64,000 bases of DNA, taken from an uncultured beta proteobacterium. GTDB lineage: Bacteria; Pseudomonadota; Gammaproteobacteria; Burkholderiales; Gallionellaceae. Under the pieces are notes generated by a model. That model was not told the DNA's origin. It did not search any database and saw nothing but the letters and a program-made list of their open reading frames with translations. The stretch lies in NCBI GenBank assembly GCA_963806115.1, contig CAWDWW010000019.1:1675-65674 (forward strand), read 5' to 3'. This document shows, one piece after another, positions 40,089 to 50,847 of this stretch. The position numbers and the translations under genes were made by a program. How positions within the stretch are numbered: position 1 is the first letter of the stretch; the number at the start of each line of letters is the position of its first letter.

Positions 40089-40703
40089 CTAGCGGAACTT
40101 GGCATTTTTGATTTCCTTCTTCAGTTTCTTCTGGCCGATCCAGACCTTGCTGTTGTCGGTAAGACTCACCAAGGTGAGATCAACCTGATAGAAACGAAGC
40201 TGTTCGCTGTCAGCGGCATCGATGATGGTATTGATCGAGCCCATCAGCATGTAATCCGCGCCGGTTTCTTTGCCCATCTCCTTGCGCGTCGCCTCCGCGG
40301 CGTTCAGATCCATATCAGCGCGTTCTTCGCGTATGTCCCCGCGCTCGCTTCTCGATGCAACTACATCGACGCGGCCCGAATTGACGAAAGCACGCTCAAG
40401 ATCATTTACAAACGTGTTGGTATTGATGTGCTCCTGAGAAAGGTTGCGAATACTGCCGATGATGACCACGGGTCGTTTTTTTAAAGACAAACTATAGCGA
40501 TCGATCCATCCGGCCGAAAGAGAATCGCGGATCATCTCTTCAGAAACCAGGCGTGAATCGGTGTCGTTCCAGGTGCCGGAAATATCCTTTACTTCCTCTA
40601 CCCCGATCCGTTTGACCTCGGTGGCACAGGACGCCAGCAAAAGTGCGACCGCCACGGTCGCCGCCATCGTCCATACATTTGTCTTCATAGCCTTAATGGT
40701 CAT
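40089..40703 (-). CDS. LpoB-like (penicillin-binding protein activator / CsgG-TolB_N fold) lipoprotein
   Basis: LASC lipobox; DISGTWNDTDSR, IRNLSQEHI, GADYMLMGSI and YQVDLTLV; GGAGG RBS before 40703. Confidence 0.78.
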   Translation of the reverse strand: MTIKAMKTNVWTMAATVAVALLLASCATEVKRIGVEEVKDISGTWNDTDSRLVSEEMIRDSLSAGWIDRYSLSLKKRPVVIIGSIRNLSQEHINTNTFVNDLERAFVNSGRVDVVASRSERGDIREERADMDLNAAEATRKEMGKETGADYMLMGSINTIIDAADSEQLRFYQVDLTLVSLTDNSKVWIGQKKLKKEIKNAKFR

Positions 40704-41030
40704 AATGCCTCCACGAAAATCAATTGATTTATCCCATACAAGAATATCATTTGCCGACCACCCTTGAAATCGAAAAAGAATCCTAGAGCAGTCTAGCCCC
40801 ACGAGCCAGGGATCATATTAATTCCGGATCAGGAAATTCTTCTATTGTCTCGATATTTGCCCCCAACTCATCCCGGCTATTTTGGGCGCGTAAATCTAAT
40901 GCCGCCAAGCTTCCCGAACATTATAGTCACAATAATCATGTTATTAACAGATAACCGATAATTTCTCGGGGTGCCGTTGCTGCATCATTATGATCGATGA
41001 GCCAGTTACAAGGCAGGCAGACTGTATATC

Positions 41031-41921
41031 TCAATTCTGGCTTTGATTCTCGCGCAGCACTGCGATACGCTCATCCAACGGCGGGTGAGTCATGAACATT
41101 TTTGCGAAAGCTTGACCGCCGGAGATGCCGAAGGCGGCTATCTTTTCCGGCAGCGCGGATTGTTCGTGATTGATCTTCAAGCGTTCCAGCGCGGCGATCA
41201 TTTTTCCCCTTCCGGCCAGTTTTGCCCCGCCCGCATCGGCGCGGAATTCACGCTGGCGTGAGAACCACATCACGATGATGCTGGCAAGCACGCCCAGCAC
41301 CAGTTGCGCCGCAATTTCCGCAACGAAGGCGCCGATGCCGATCCCATTCCGCCCGTCATTCTTGAGCAACACGCGATCCACGAAGAATCCGAACAGCTTG
41401 GCAAAGAAAATCACGAAGGTATTCACCACACCCTGGATCAGGGCCAAGGTCACCATGTCCCCATTGGCCACGTGAGTGATCTCATGGCCCAATACAGCCT
41501 CGGCCTCGTCTCTGTCCATGTTGCGCAACAGTCCGGTGCTCACCGCAACCAGCGAATCGTTGCGATTCCAGCCGGTAGCAAAGGCATTTACATCCGGCGC
41601 GTCATATATCGCCACTTCCGGCATGCCGATGCCAGCAGCCTGGGCATGCCGCTGCACTGTATCAACCAGCCAGCGTTCGGTCGAGTCAACCGGGGTTTCG
41701 ATGACTCGCGCGCCGACCATGCGCTTTGCAGACCACTTTGACATGGCCAGGGATATCAGCGATCCGGCAAAGCCGATCACCGCGGATAACACCAGCAACG
41801 CGCTGAAGTTGATACCGCCGGATTGGTCCAGCCAGCGATCCACACCGAGCAAACGCAGTGTGATGTTGATCACGAACACGACGGCCAGATTGGTCAGGAT
41901 AAACAGGAAAATCCGCTTCAT
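41031..41921 (-). CDS. htpX: Membrane zinc protease HtpX
   Basis: [37 protein letters not shown] and THPPLDERI. Confidence 0.95.
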   Translation of the reverse strand: MKRIFLFILTNLAVVFVINITLRLLGVDRWLDQSGGINFSALLVLSAVIGFAGSLISLAMSKWSAKRMVGARVIETPVDSTERWLVDTVQRHAQAAGIGMPEVAIYDAPDVNAFATGWNRNDSLVAVSTGLLRNMDRDEAEAVLGHEITHVANGDMVTLALIQGVVNTFVIFFAKLFGFFVDRVLLKNDGRNGIGIGAFVAEIAAQLVLGVLASIIVMWFSRQREFRADAGGAKLAGRGKMIAALERLKINHEQSALPEKIAAFGISGGQAFAKMFMTHPPLDERIAVLRENQSQN

Positions 41922-42075
41922 ATTCTTTATTGCCTCCAGAATTAAACCATGCTGAGATGTCAGCCATGATGATGGGCTCTTCGCGCCGTGAACATTGGGC
42001 ATTCAACGCCGGATTTCAAGAGTCTGTTCACAGGTGTTAAACTCGCCATGGTTCGATACCCGATCGGAGATTAAG

Positions 42076-42894
42076 TTGCAAGAACTGCTCAATAATCCTG
42101 CGGTACAAGCCGGCGCAGCCCCTTTTCTGGTCGCGCTGATCGCTGTTGAATTATTCCGGCGTATCAGACTGAGCGGTTTGGCCATTATCGCCGGATTTGC
42201 CGTCACCGTTTACCTGGCCAGCGACTTCAACATGGTGCCGCTCACAGCAGCGCGGAAGATCGTAGCCCTGGGATTGGCCAGCGCTTTGCTCGCCTTGGTG
42301 CTCACATCATTGCGTTCTCGCTGGATGGGTTGGCTGCTTCCCGTACTCGGTGGCGTGGCCGCCATATGGACGGTACAACGCATACTCCAGCATCAAGAAC
42401 CCCGGGTTGTGCTGCTGTGGGGCGCGGGTTGTGCGGCTTATGTCGCAATTCTGGTTTGGGGCATGGACATGCTATCGGACCGGGAACCGCTACGCGCTGC
42501 CAGCGCAGCCACCGCTCTGGGCATCGGCACCGGTGGCGCAACTCTGGTTGGCGCATCCGCCTTGCTCGGCCAGTTCGGATTGGCGCTCGGATCTGCTGCC
42601 GGCGCGCACTTGTTGGTCCAGATGATCAGCAACAAACCGCTCCCTAACGGGCGAACATTCACACTCCCTCTCGCAGTGATTGCCGGACTGACCGGCTGCC
42701 TGGCGGTGCTAAGTGCTCAACTGCCGTGGTACACCCTGCCCATTCTTGCGGTCATCCCTGTTCTAGCCCGGTTCGCGCCATTACCCAACGGGTCAATCCG
42801 GATACGAAGCTTGCTGCTCTCGATACTGACTTTCGCCTTGGTGGGCGCGGCGATATTTGTGACATGGCGGGTGGCTGGCGATGTTCCGTTTTAG
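42076..42894 (+). CDS. Hypothetical multi-pass membrane protein
   Basis: About 9 hydrophobic segments; TTG start after a GGAG RBS. Confidence 0.65.
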   Translation: MQELLNNPAVQAGAAPFLVALIAVELFRRIRLSGLAIIAGFAVTVYLASDFNMVPLTAARKIVALGLASALLALVLTSLRSRWMGWLLPVLGGVAAIWTVQRILQHQEPRVVLLWGAGCAAYVAILVWGMDMLSDREPLRAASAATALGIGTGGATLVGASALLGQFGLALGSAAGAHLLVQMISNKPLPNGRTFTLPLAVIAGLTGCLAVLSAQLPWYTLPILAVIPVLARFAPLPNGSIRIRSLLLSILTFALVGAAIFVTWRVAGDVPF

Positions 42895-43174
42895 ACCATT
42901 GCACCAAACAACGTGTGCGCGAGATGAAACACAAGTTGTTCCTCGGCTCCTTCAAGGATCAGTTGCCTTTGACTCTGCCCACCATAGGCATCTATAAATC
43001 CGTTCTCGAAAATTTTATGGCGAAGTGATGATGTTAATCTCCGCCTCACGCATGGATAGATTTGGCTCGTGAAGATCCCGGCTGCAGATCCGGACAGCAG
43101 GATTTCTCGCCACATGGTGTGCAGTAGCCAGACAAAAGATTTATGATGTGCGATTCATTGACAGGAGTTCCACC

Positions 43175-44158
43175 ATGAAAGCACCCGTTCGCATCACCAT
43201 CACCGGTGCCGCTGGCCAAATCGGCTATGCCACTTTGTTCCGAATCGCCAATGGCGACATGCTGGGAAGCGAGCAACCCATCATCCTGCAATTGCTGGAC
43301 TTGCCGCAGGCGCAGCAAATGCTGCGCGGCGTGATGATGGAACTGGAAGATTGCGCCTTTCCGCTGCTGCAACAGATCATCATCACCGATGATCCGAAGA
43401 CAGCATTCAAGGATACCGAGTTCGCCTTGCTGATTGGCGCGCGTCCGCGCAGCAAGGGGATGGAACGCAAGGATTTGATCGAAGCCAACGGCGCGATCTT
43501 CTCCGAACAGGGCAAGCTACTCAATCAATATGCCGCGCGCCATGTCAAGGTGCTGGTAGTGGGCAATCCCGCCAACACCAACGCGCTGATCGCGATGAGG
43601 AATGCACCGGATCTCGATCCGCGCAACTTCACCGCCATGATGCGCCTCGACCACAACCGCGCCATCGCACAAGTCGCGCTCAAGCTGTCCGAGCCGGTCC
43701 GCGACATCCGCAAGATGGTGGTCTGGGGCAACCACTCCAGCACGCAATATCCCGATCTCGACCACGCCGAGATTCGCGGTCGTCTTGTCCGGGAACTCCT
43801 GAAGGATCAGGATTGGGTGGAACGCGAATTCGTGCCCATCGTGCAGAAGCGCGGCGCGGCGGTCATCGAAGCACGCGGACTGTCCAGCGCGGCCAGTGCC
43901 GCGAACTCCGCCATCACGCACATGCACGACTGGACGCTCGGCTCACATCACAACGACTGGGTGACGATGAGCGTTCCTTCCGACGGCAGTTACAGCGTAC
44001 CCGAAGGCGTGATCTACGGCTTCCCGGTCACCTGCAAAAACGGCCAATACACCATCGTGCAGGGACTGCACATCAGCGAGGCGGGCCGCAAGCACATGAA
44101 ACAAAGCCACCAGGAATTGCTCGAGGAGCGCGAACATGTCAAGCAGTTGCTGGGGTAA
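43175..44158 (+). CDS. mdh: Malate dehydrogenase
   Basis: [40 protein letters not shown] and [11 protein letters not shown]. Confidence 0.95.
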   Translation: MKAPVRITITGAAGQIGYATLFRIANGDMLGSEQPIILQLLDLPQAQQMLRGVMMELEDCAFPLLQQIIITDDPKTAFKDTEFALLIGARPRSKGMERKDLIEANGAIFSEQGKLLNQYAARHVKVLVVGNPANTNALIAMRNAPDLDPRNFTAMMRLDHNRAIAQVALKLSEPVRDIRKMVVWGNHSSTQYPDLDHAEIRGRLVRELLKDQDWVEREFVPIVQKRGAAVIEARGLSSAASAANSAITHMHDWTLGSHHNDWVTMSVPSDGSYSVPEGVIYGFPVTCKNGQYTIVQGLHISEAGRKHMKQSHQELLEEREHVKQLLG

Positions 44159-44398
44159 TGTCGCTGGCGTAGCGGATTTCAGAATCGGACCGAGCTACAG
44201 ATCAGAAGTAACCATCACTCCATAACCGCTGTCGGGGCTTGCGCCAGAAGATCCCTACAGCACGTAGCCGTGTATATACGGGCCTTTGCTGACATTGCGG
44301 CGTTGTCTCGCCGCGAACTGCCATCTGACTGCGGATATTTCTGTATCAACCGTCGTGCCGTATTTGACACATACGGCAATACAATTACTCGGAGCGGC

Positions 44399-44809
44399 TC
44401 AGCGTCCTCTTCCCCCGGGACCCATGCCACCGCCACCCGGACCCATACCTCCTCCACCTGGACCCATGCCACCTGGACCCATGCCGCTGCCTCTTGGCGG
44501 CGGATTGTCCGGAATGGTCACGCCGCGTTCCTTGGCGCGCGCTATCATGCGCTCATGATGCTCGGAGCGTATTTTTTCACGCTCTTGGGCAGTTTTTGCG
44601 GAACGAATTTTGGAACGATATTCATCGCGTTCTTTTGCAGTCATCAACTGGCTGCCGTAGATCTGGTCTTGGGTCCGGCCCTGGATTTGATCCTTGGTTT
44701 GATCTTTATCCTGCAGCCGGGTACGGTCCTGATCGTCTGCCAAAGCTGAACCTGCTGCAAATATCAAGACACTGGTCAGCGCATTCATTGTCAAAATTTT
44801 GTTAAGCAT
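44399..44809 (-). CDS. Exported low-complexity protein with DQ-rich N-terminus and GMGPGGG tandem repeats
   Basis: Signal peptide, QIYGSQLMT.KER motif and four GMGPG repeats; AAAGGAG RBS. Confidence 0.75.
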   Translation of the reverse strand: MLNKILTMNALTSVLIFAAGSALADDQDRTRLQDKDQTKDQIQGRTQDQIYGSQLMTAKERDEYRSKIRSAKTAQEREKIRSEHHERMIARAKERGVTIPDNPPPRGSGMGPGGMGPGGGGMGPGGGGMGPGGRGR

Positions 44810-44824
44810 GATGGGCTCCTTTCA

Positions 44825-44879
44825 AAGAGGTTGAGTAAGATCTTCGGTGCAATCAAAGCAACCTCTTCTTCGATTGCAC
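44825..44879 (-). promoter_or_regulatory. Candidate H-type pseudoknot in a 5' UTR
   Basis: Minus strand: 12-bp stem GTGCAATCGAAG/CTTTGATTGCAC (one G-U) whose 9-nt loop AAGAGGTTG is exactly complementary to CAACCTCTT, 2 nt before the SD. Confidence 0.5.
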
Positions 44880-44991
44880 TTACATTTCCTTCATTGCCGG
44901 CGTGTTCAGTCAATACCCGACAGTTTCTATCCGCCTTGATTTTGACGAGTTAGTCCTCATATTGGAAAAAATGCTTGAGAAAAGGTTCCAT

Positions 44992-45783
44992 ATGACTACC
45001 GTACGCCCGCCTGCTGTAGCAGGCATGTTCTACCCCGCCGAACCCGGGCAACTTGCACAGGAAGTGCAGCAGTTGCTTGACGAGGCACGCCCGTTCGATC
45101 TGGTTCCTAAGGCTCTGATCGTTCCTCACGCCGGTTATATATATTCCGGCGCGATCGCTGCCACGGCCTATGCCACGCTCCGCACGATCGCCTCACACAT
45201 CCGTCGTGTGGTGCTGCTCGGTCCCACCCATCGGGTTGCGGTGCGCGGTCTGGCGCTGCCGGGAGCGGATGCTTTCGACACACCGCTGGGCCGCGTAACG
45301 CTGGATACTGACGGCGCACGTGCTATCGCCCATCTGCCGCAGGTCAGCGTCAGCGCGCAAGCACATGCTCTGGAACATTCTCTGGAAGTGCAACTGCCGT
45401 TCCTGCAAAGCGTGTTGACGGATTTCACGCTGCTGCCTCTGGCAGTCGGCATGGCAAGCGCCGAGGAGGTCGCGGAGGTGCTGGAAACGCTGTGGGGGGG
45501 TGAGGAGACGCTGATCGTGATCAGTTCAGATCTCTCGCACTACCTGCCTTATGCCACGGCGCAACGTGTAGATAATGAGACTGCGCGAGCCATCCTTGAA
45601 TTGCAACAGCCAATTCCGCATGACCAGGCCTGCGGAGGCACACCGATCAGCGGGCTGATCGTGGCGGCGCAAAAGCACCATCTCGCGCCTCATTTGCTCG
45701 ACATACGAAACTCCGGCGACACAGCCGGGTCTCATGCACAAGTAGTGGGGTATGCGGCGTTTGCATTTACACCCCCGAATTGA
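44992..45783 (+). CDS. amrB: AmmeMemoRadiSam system protein B (Memo family)
   Basis: RPPAVAGMFYP, PHAGYIYSG, EHSLEVQLPFL, SSDLSHY and VVGYAA. Confidence 0.92.
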   Translation: MTTVRPPAVAGMFYPAEPGQLAQEVQQLLDEARPFDLVPKALIVPHAGYIYSGAIAATAYATLRTIASHIRRVVLLGPTHRVAVRGLALPGADAFDTPLGRVTLDTDGARAIAHLPQVSVSAQAHALEHSLEVQLPFLQSVLTDFTLLPLAVGMASAEEVAEVLETLWGGEETLIVISSDLSHYLPYATAQRVDNETARAILELQQPIPHDQACGGTPISGLIVAAQKHHLAPHLLDIRNSGDTAGSHAQVVGYAAFAFTPPN

Positions 45784-45812
45784 GTTTCAGGCAAATTGAA
45801 TCTTCAGGAGAG

Positions 45813-46379
45813 ATGAATATGTCAGATGAACGAGGTGAGGTATTACTGCCGATCGCGCGCGCCGCGATAGCGCGTGTGTTGAACGTGCCTCTAGCAGCAG
45901 ATGAAACAGCGCCGTGGCTCGCCGAGCATGGCGCTTGCTTTGTCACGCTCACGCAATTCGGCGAGTTGCGCGGCTGTATCGGCTCGCTGCAGGCACGCCA
46001 GTCCCTGCTTGCCGATGTCAAAAGCAATGCTGTTTCCGCCGCTTTGCACGATCCGCGTTTTACGCCGTTGAGTATGGAAGAACTCGACATTACCAAGATC
46101 GAGATTTCGCTGCTCTCGGCTACCCAGGCCATGGTCGTCCGCGACGAGGCCGATGCGCTGGCGCAACTTCGCCCCAACGTGGACGGTATCGTGTTCGAGT
46201 ATGGTTCATACCGAAGCACTTTTCTGCCGCAAGTGTGGGAGAACCTCACCCAGCCACGCGATTTTCTTGCGATGCTCAGACGCAAGGCAGGGCTGCCCGA
46301 TGATTTCTGGGCGGAAGATGTGAAGCTGTCGCGCTATAGCGTGACCAAGTGGCGCGAAACAGACTACGTAACCTCTTAA
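45813..46379 (+). CDS. amrA: AmmeMemoRadiSam system protein A (AMMECR1 family)
   Basis: GACFVTL, LRGCIG, DPRF and TFLPQVWE. Confidence 0.92.
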   Translation: MNMSDERGEVLLPIARAAIARVLNVPLAADETAPWLAEHGACFVTLTQFGELRGCIGSLQARQSLLADVKSNAVSAALHDPRFTPLSMEELDITKIEISLLSATQAMVVRDEADALAQLRPNVDGIVFEYGSYRSTFLPQVWENLTQPRDFLAMLRRKAGLPDDFWAEDVKLSRYSVTKWRETDYVTS

Positions 46380-46383
46380 TACT

Positions 46384-47483
46384 ATGGACGAACCCATCAG
46401 CATCGCCGAGCAGTACCCGGCCAAATATTGGCACAAGCTGGACGACGGCCGCATCCAGTGCGACCTGTGCCCGCGCGACTGCAAGCTCCACGAAGGCCAG
46501 CGCGGCGCGTGTTTCGTGCGCGGCCGTGTCGGCGATACCATGGTGCTCACCACCTATGGCCGCTCCTCGGGCTTCTGCGTAGACCCGATCGAGAAAAAAC
46601 CGCTCAACCACTTTTATCCGGGCAGCAGCATCCTGTCGTTCGGAACCGCTGGCTGCAACCTCGCGTGCAAATTCTGCCAGAACTGGGACATCTCCAAATC
46701 GCGCAGCTTCGACAAGCTCGCCGACCAGGCCACGCCGGAAGCCATCGCGCGCACCGCCGGGCAGCTCGGCTGCAAGAGTGTCGCATTCACCTACAACGAC
46801 CCGGTGATCTTCGCCGAATACGCGATGGACGTGGCCGACGCCTGTCACGAGCGCGGTGTCAAGACCGTCGCGGTCACTGCGGGCTATATACATGATCTGC
46901 CGCGCCGCGAATTTTTCGCGAAGATGGACGCCGCCAACGTCGACTTGAAGGCTTTCACCGACGAGTTCTATGTCAAACAGACCGGCTCGCACCTGCAACC
47001 GGTGCTGGACACACTGAAATATCTGCGCCAGGAAACCAAAGTATGGGTGGAGATCACCACGCTGCTGATCCCCGGCTACAACGATTCAGCACGAATGAGG
47101 TCGGCAAGATGTGCGAATGGATCGCGAAGGAACTCGGCGTGGATGTACCGCTGCACTTCACCGCATTCCACCCGGACTACAAGATGACCGGCATCCCAGC
47201 CACCCCGGCGCAAACACTTACCCAGGCTCGGCAGATCGCCCACTCCGCCGGGCTACGACACGTCTATACCGGCAACGTGCACGATGTGAGCGGCGGGACC
47301 ACGCACTGCCCAAGCTGCCAGCACCCGCTGATCGTGCGCGACTGGCATGCGATCCGCGACTACACGCTCGACGCGCAGGGCAATTGTCCGGCATGCAATA
47401 CTGCACTGGCCGGACATTTCGAAAAATTCACCGGACAGTTCGGCCGGCAGCGCATCCCCATCGTCATGGCGGATGCAACTTAG
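46384..47483 (+). CDS. amrS: AmmeMemoRadiSam system radical SAM enzyme (frameshift near 47090)
   Basis: CDLCPRDC, DPIEKKPL.HF and CNLACKFC; C-terminal LHFTAFHPD...YTGNVH in the next frame. Confidence 0.9.
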
Positions 47484-47533
47484 TCAATTGATTTAACAGG
47501 GCGTATAGCCCTATATTGGCAAAGGAGAAGATC

Positions 47534-47626
47534 ATGGAAAGCAGCATCTGGCGCAGCATCCTATTTTTCATCGTGTTGATCTCGTTAACCGGTTTGGTGG
47601 GTATTATCTTCTTCCCCGGTCATTGA
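47534..47626 (+). CDS. 30-aa single-TM small protein
   Basis: AAAGGAG RBS, then MESSIWRSILFFIVLISLTGLVGIIFFPGH*. Confidence 0.55.
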   Translation: MESSIWRSILFFIVLISLTGLVGIIFFPGH

Positions 47627-47736
47627 TGACGAAACCAGTCAGCCAGCCCGGTTGAACAGAGGCAGGTAATTACACGAACCGCCGCATGTGCGGGATTGAA
47701 TATATCGAATATTGCTATCAAGATGGAAGGAACAAC

Positions 47737-48363
47737 ATGAGCTCAGTACATATACCCGCCGGTCAATTAGAGCTGGAAGGAGAACTGGTCCTGCCGCCAT
47801 CCGCCAAAGGAGTGGTGCTGTTCGCCCACGGCAGCGGCAGCAGCCGCTTCAGCCCGCGCAACACCTACGTCGCCGAAGTGCTGCAGCAACGCGGCATCGG
47901 CACGCTGCTGTTCGATCTATTGACCCGCGAAGAGGATCAGGTTTACGAGACGCGCTTCGACATCGCGCTGCTCACTCAACGCCTGGTCGCTGCAACCGCC
48001 TGGCTACAAAAAAGGCCGGACACGCAAGCACTGAGCATTGGGTATTTCGGCGCCAGCACCGGTGCGGCGGCGGCGTTGCAGGCTGCTGCACAAATGCAAG
48101 ACAAGATCGCCGCAGTGGTTTCTCGCGGCGGACGGCCCGACCTCGCCGGAGCAGTCGCGCTGCGCAGTGTGACTGCGCCGACATTGCTCGTCGTCGGCGG
48201 CAATGACTATGGTGTGATCGAATTGAACCAGCAGGCTGAAATGTTGCTGAACTGCGAGAAGAAACTGATACTGATCCCCGGTGCGACACACTTATTCGAA
48301 GAACCGGGCACGTTGCAACTTGCGGCACGCAGTGCGGCAGACTGGTTCGTGCAGCACCTTTAG
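47737..48363 (+). CDS. Dienelactone hydrolase-like alpha/beta hydrolase
   Basis: FAHGSGSSRFSPRN, GYFGASTG nucleophile elbow, SRGGRPDLA and GATHLFEEPG. Confidence 0.88.
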   Translation: MSSVHIPAGQLELEGELVLPPSAKGVVLFAHGSGSSRFSPRNTYVAEVLQQRGIGTLLFDLLTREEDQVYETRFDIALLTQRLVAATAWLQKRPDTQALSIGYFGASTGAAAALQAAAQMQDKIAAVVSRGGRPDLAGAVALRSVTAPTLLVVGGNDYGVIELNQQAEMLLNCEKKLILIPGATHLFEEPGTLQLAARSAADWFVQHL

Positions 48364-48492
48364 AACGATATTTGATTAATTAATGCTGACTCCGGCTAAG
48401 TGGTTCCGAGTCAGAATATTCAACAGAACAGACACGAAGACAACATTCACGTTTCCAGAAATCTGCCGTTGAACATTGTCATACAACAGCCC

Positions 48493-50566
48493 TTACTTCC
48501 CTGCCAGCCTATGCAGGCTGGATACGATTTCCGGATAGAACAGATCAACCGCCACGCTGCTGATATGCTCATTATCTTTATACAAAAAACTTCCATCCAG
48601 CTTTAATGGGCAAACCCCAAGGTTCATATCGCAAAGATATTTAGTTGGGGCAATCACTTCAAAATGCGGATACTTCCCGGCAAATTTTTTTAGCAGATGA
48701 AGGTCGTGATTTACTGAAAAATAACCTATTAGGGAAGTGTTCAAATTTATTTCTTTGCAGTTGGTCGACTGAAGAGAATTGAACCTTTGCGGGTTAAGGC
48801 ATTCTTGGTTCAAATCAACACTAGGATTCGATCCGATCAGCAATAGCGAACCCCCTCTTGCTATGATTGCACGATAAAAACTTTCAATTTCACGATCATA
48901 AACTGTAAAAATGCCCTCAGTCTCTACAGTCGATCCGGTATATTTTAGGTATTGTTGTTTTGGAAAATTCAGCCGCAACACCACAATATCACCGGGATTG
49001 ACGTTTTGAAGCAATCCGGCTTTTATGATGACAGGATCAACATCACACCATAGGTTATTGGACTCAGCGATATTTCTTGGATCAAGAGGATACGGGCAGA
49101 CATAACCAAATATCAATTTATATTGATATCCAATATCCTCGGCTGCCAAAGCAATATGTTTCCCTATAGCCGAAGCAAAACTATCCCCGGCAAGAATGAC
49201 TTTTGGCCTTGAATCCGAAAGACATTTGTGGAAAAAATTCTGGTCAATGACGGGCGTTGGTTGATAGTCACTTCCCTTTCAGATATTGAGGGGTCATATT
49301 GCACTCCCTCCACTTCGTAATTACAGCCTTATCAAATTCCGGGGAAGTATTGGAAGTTATTTGCGCAACTTGTGTTGTCTTGGTACCTGTATAGATAAAG
49401 CCCTTAAACGGTACGCCCAAACTAGCCACAAAAACCGCACATGCCATGGAAGCAGCAAGACCGTATGTTATCGTGGTTAATCTTTTGTTCGACCAAGCCA
49501 GATGTCTCAGTGGGCTTTCAACGTAGCGATAGCTGAAATAAGCCAGAATAAATGTCAATCCCAGTTGAACCGGGAATGACCACCAATGTACACCGATTGT
49601 CCATCGACTGATAACCAGAACGCTCCAGTGCCAGAGATATAGGGAGTAAGAAATAAGTCCTATGTAAACTACCGGCTTTAAGGTCAGAAGCCTGTAAGCC
49701 GAGGAGTCCGGGCGCAATGTTGCAATTAATGATGCAGTCAAGACAACCACTAAAACAGTTGCTTCGACTTGATGGGCGAGCGGAATACATAGTGCGGCCA
49801 ACAGTGTCGCAATCAGAATTTCAGGCCGGAGAATTGATAACATTTTTATTTTTTGGATTCGTTTTTGGGCGATCAAGAAAACCAGGCAGCCAACTCCCAG
49901 TTCCCAGAAACGTGACGTCATCATGAAATATGACGCCGGAGAGTTCTTCCCGCTCAGATAGACGAAAGAGGCTGCCGAGACAACCGAAATCGCTGCAACC
50001 CAAATAAACAGGTTTATTGCCCCTCTGGGGTTTTGACGCGAAAACCCAGCCAGCCAAACCATCAGTGGAAAGACCAAGTAGAACTGCTCCTCCACTCCCA
50101 ATGACCAGGTCTGGGTAAACAGGTTAAGTTCTGCTGAATTATCGAAATAATCAGTTGCCAGCCTAAACAAGTACAGATTGGAAAATCCAAACAGGGCGGA
50201 AATGCCTGTCTTCCATGAGTCATCAAAAAAATATGAAGATGGGGGGATAAAAAGAAAACCAATCAGTGAAGTTATGACTACACACAGCAGAAGTGCCGGC
50301 AATAGTCGTTTGATCCTTCTCTGGTAGAAATCGAGAATAAAATCGTTAAAGGACAAATGTCTCTTGTTGGTCAGCACAGAGGTGATGACATATCCGGAAA
50401 TCACGAAAAAGATGTCAACTCCGAGATATCCGCTGGGAAGGAGATCCTTGTAATAATGATTAATAATGACTGAAATGATCGCCAGTGCACGCAAACCATC
50501 CACGTCAGCGCGGTAAGTTGATTTGGTCAAATGATCTTTCTCGACAGGGAATTGCACTGCACTCAA
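48493..50566 (-). CDS. OafA-like O-acyltransferase (acyltransferase-3 + SGNH), split by one frameshift near 49272
   Basis: YRADVDGLRALA, GVDIFFVISGY, WSLGVEEQFY and SYSLYLWHW; after the shift, VILAGDSFA and YKDNEH SGNH motifs; AT-rich. Confidence 0.85.
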
Positions 50567-50847
50567 GGTTTAACGTCCGCTAGAAATTTCAAATGTTAAT
50601 TATATACAGACAGGATGAGCGAAAACCTGAATAGCTTGCAACGTTACACATGGAATATTTCCGATAGCTTTGCAACAACGCGAATACCGTTCAATTACGG
50701 GTTAACAAACTATATTTTTGCACGAAAAAATCAATAGGAACCATACTGTGTTATCAAATTTTCAAACATGCCGATTAATTCTGTGCTAACAAACAATCTC
50801 GGCAATTACCACTTATTGGCCATGGGAGCCAAACGCCGAGGCTACTC

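Noticed and set aside
42891-43115. 74-aa minus-strand ORF between the membrane protein gene and mdh
   Set aside because: No clear RBS or recognisable motif. It could be a remnant but I cannot support it.
18770-47483. Programmed ribosomal frameshifting in DinG, rimO or amrS
   Set aside because: There are no slippery heptamers with downstream structure, and several genes have multiple shifts, which fits sequencing error better.
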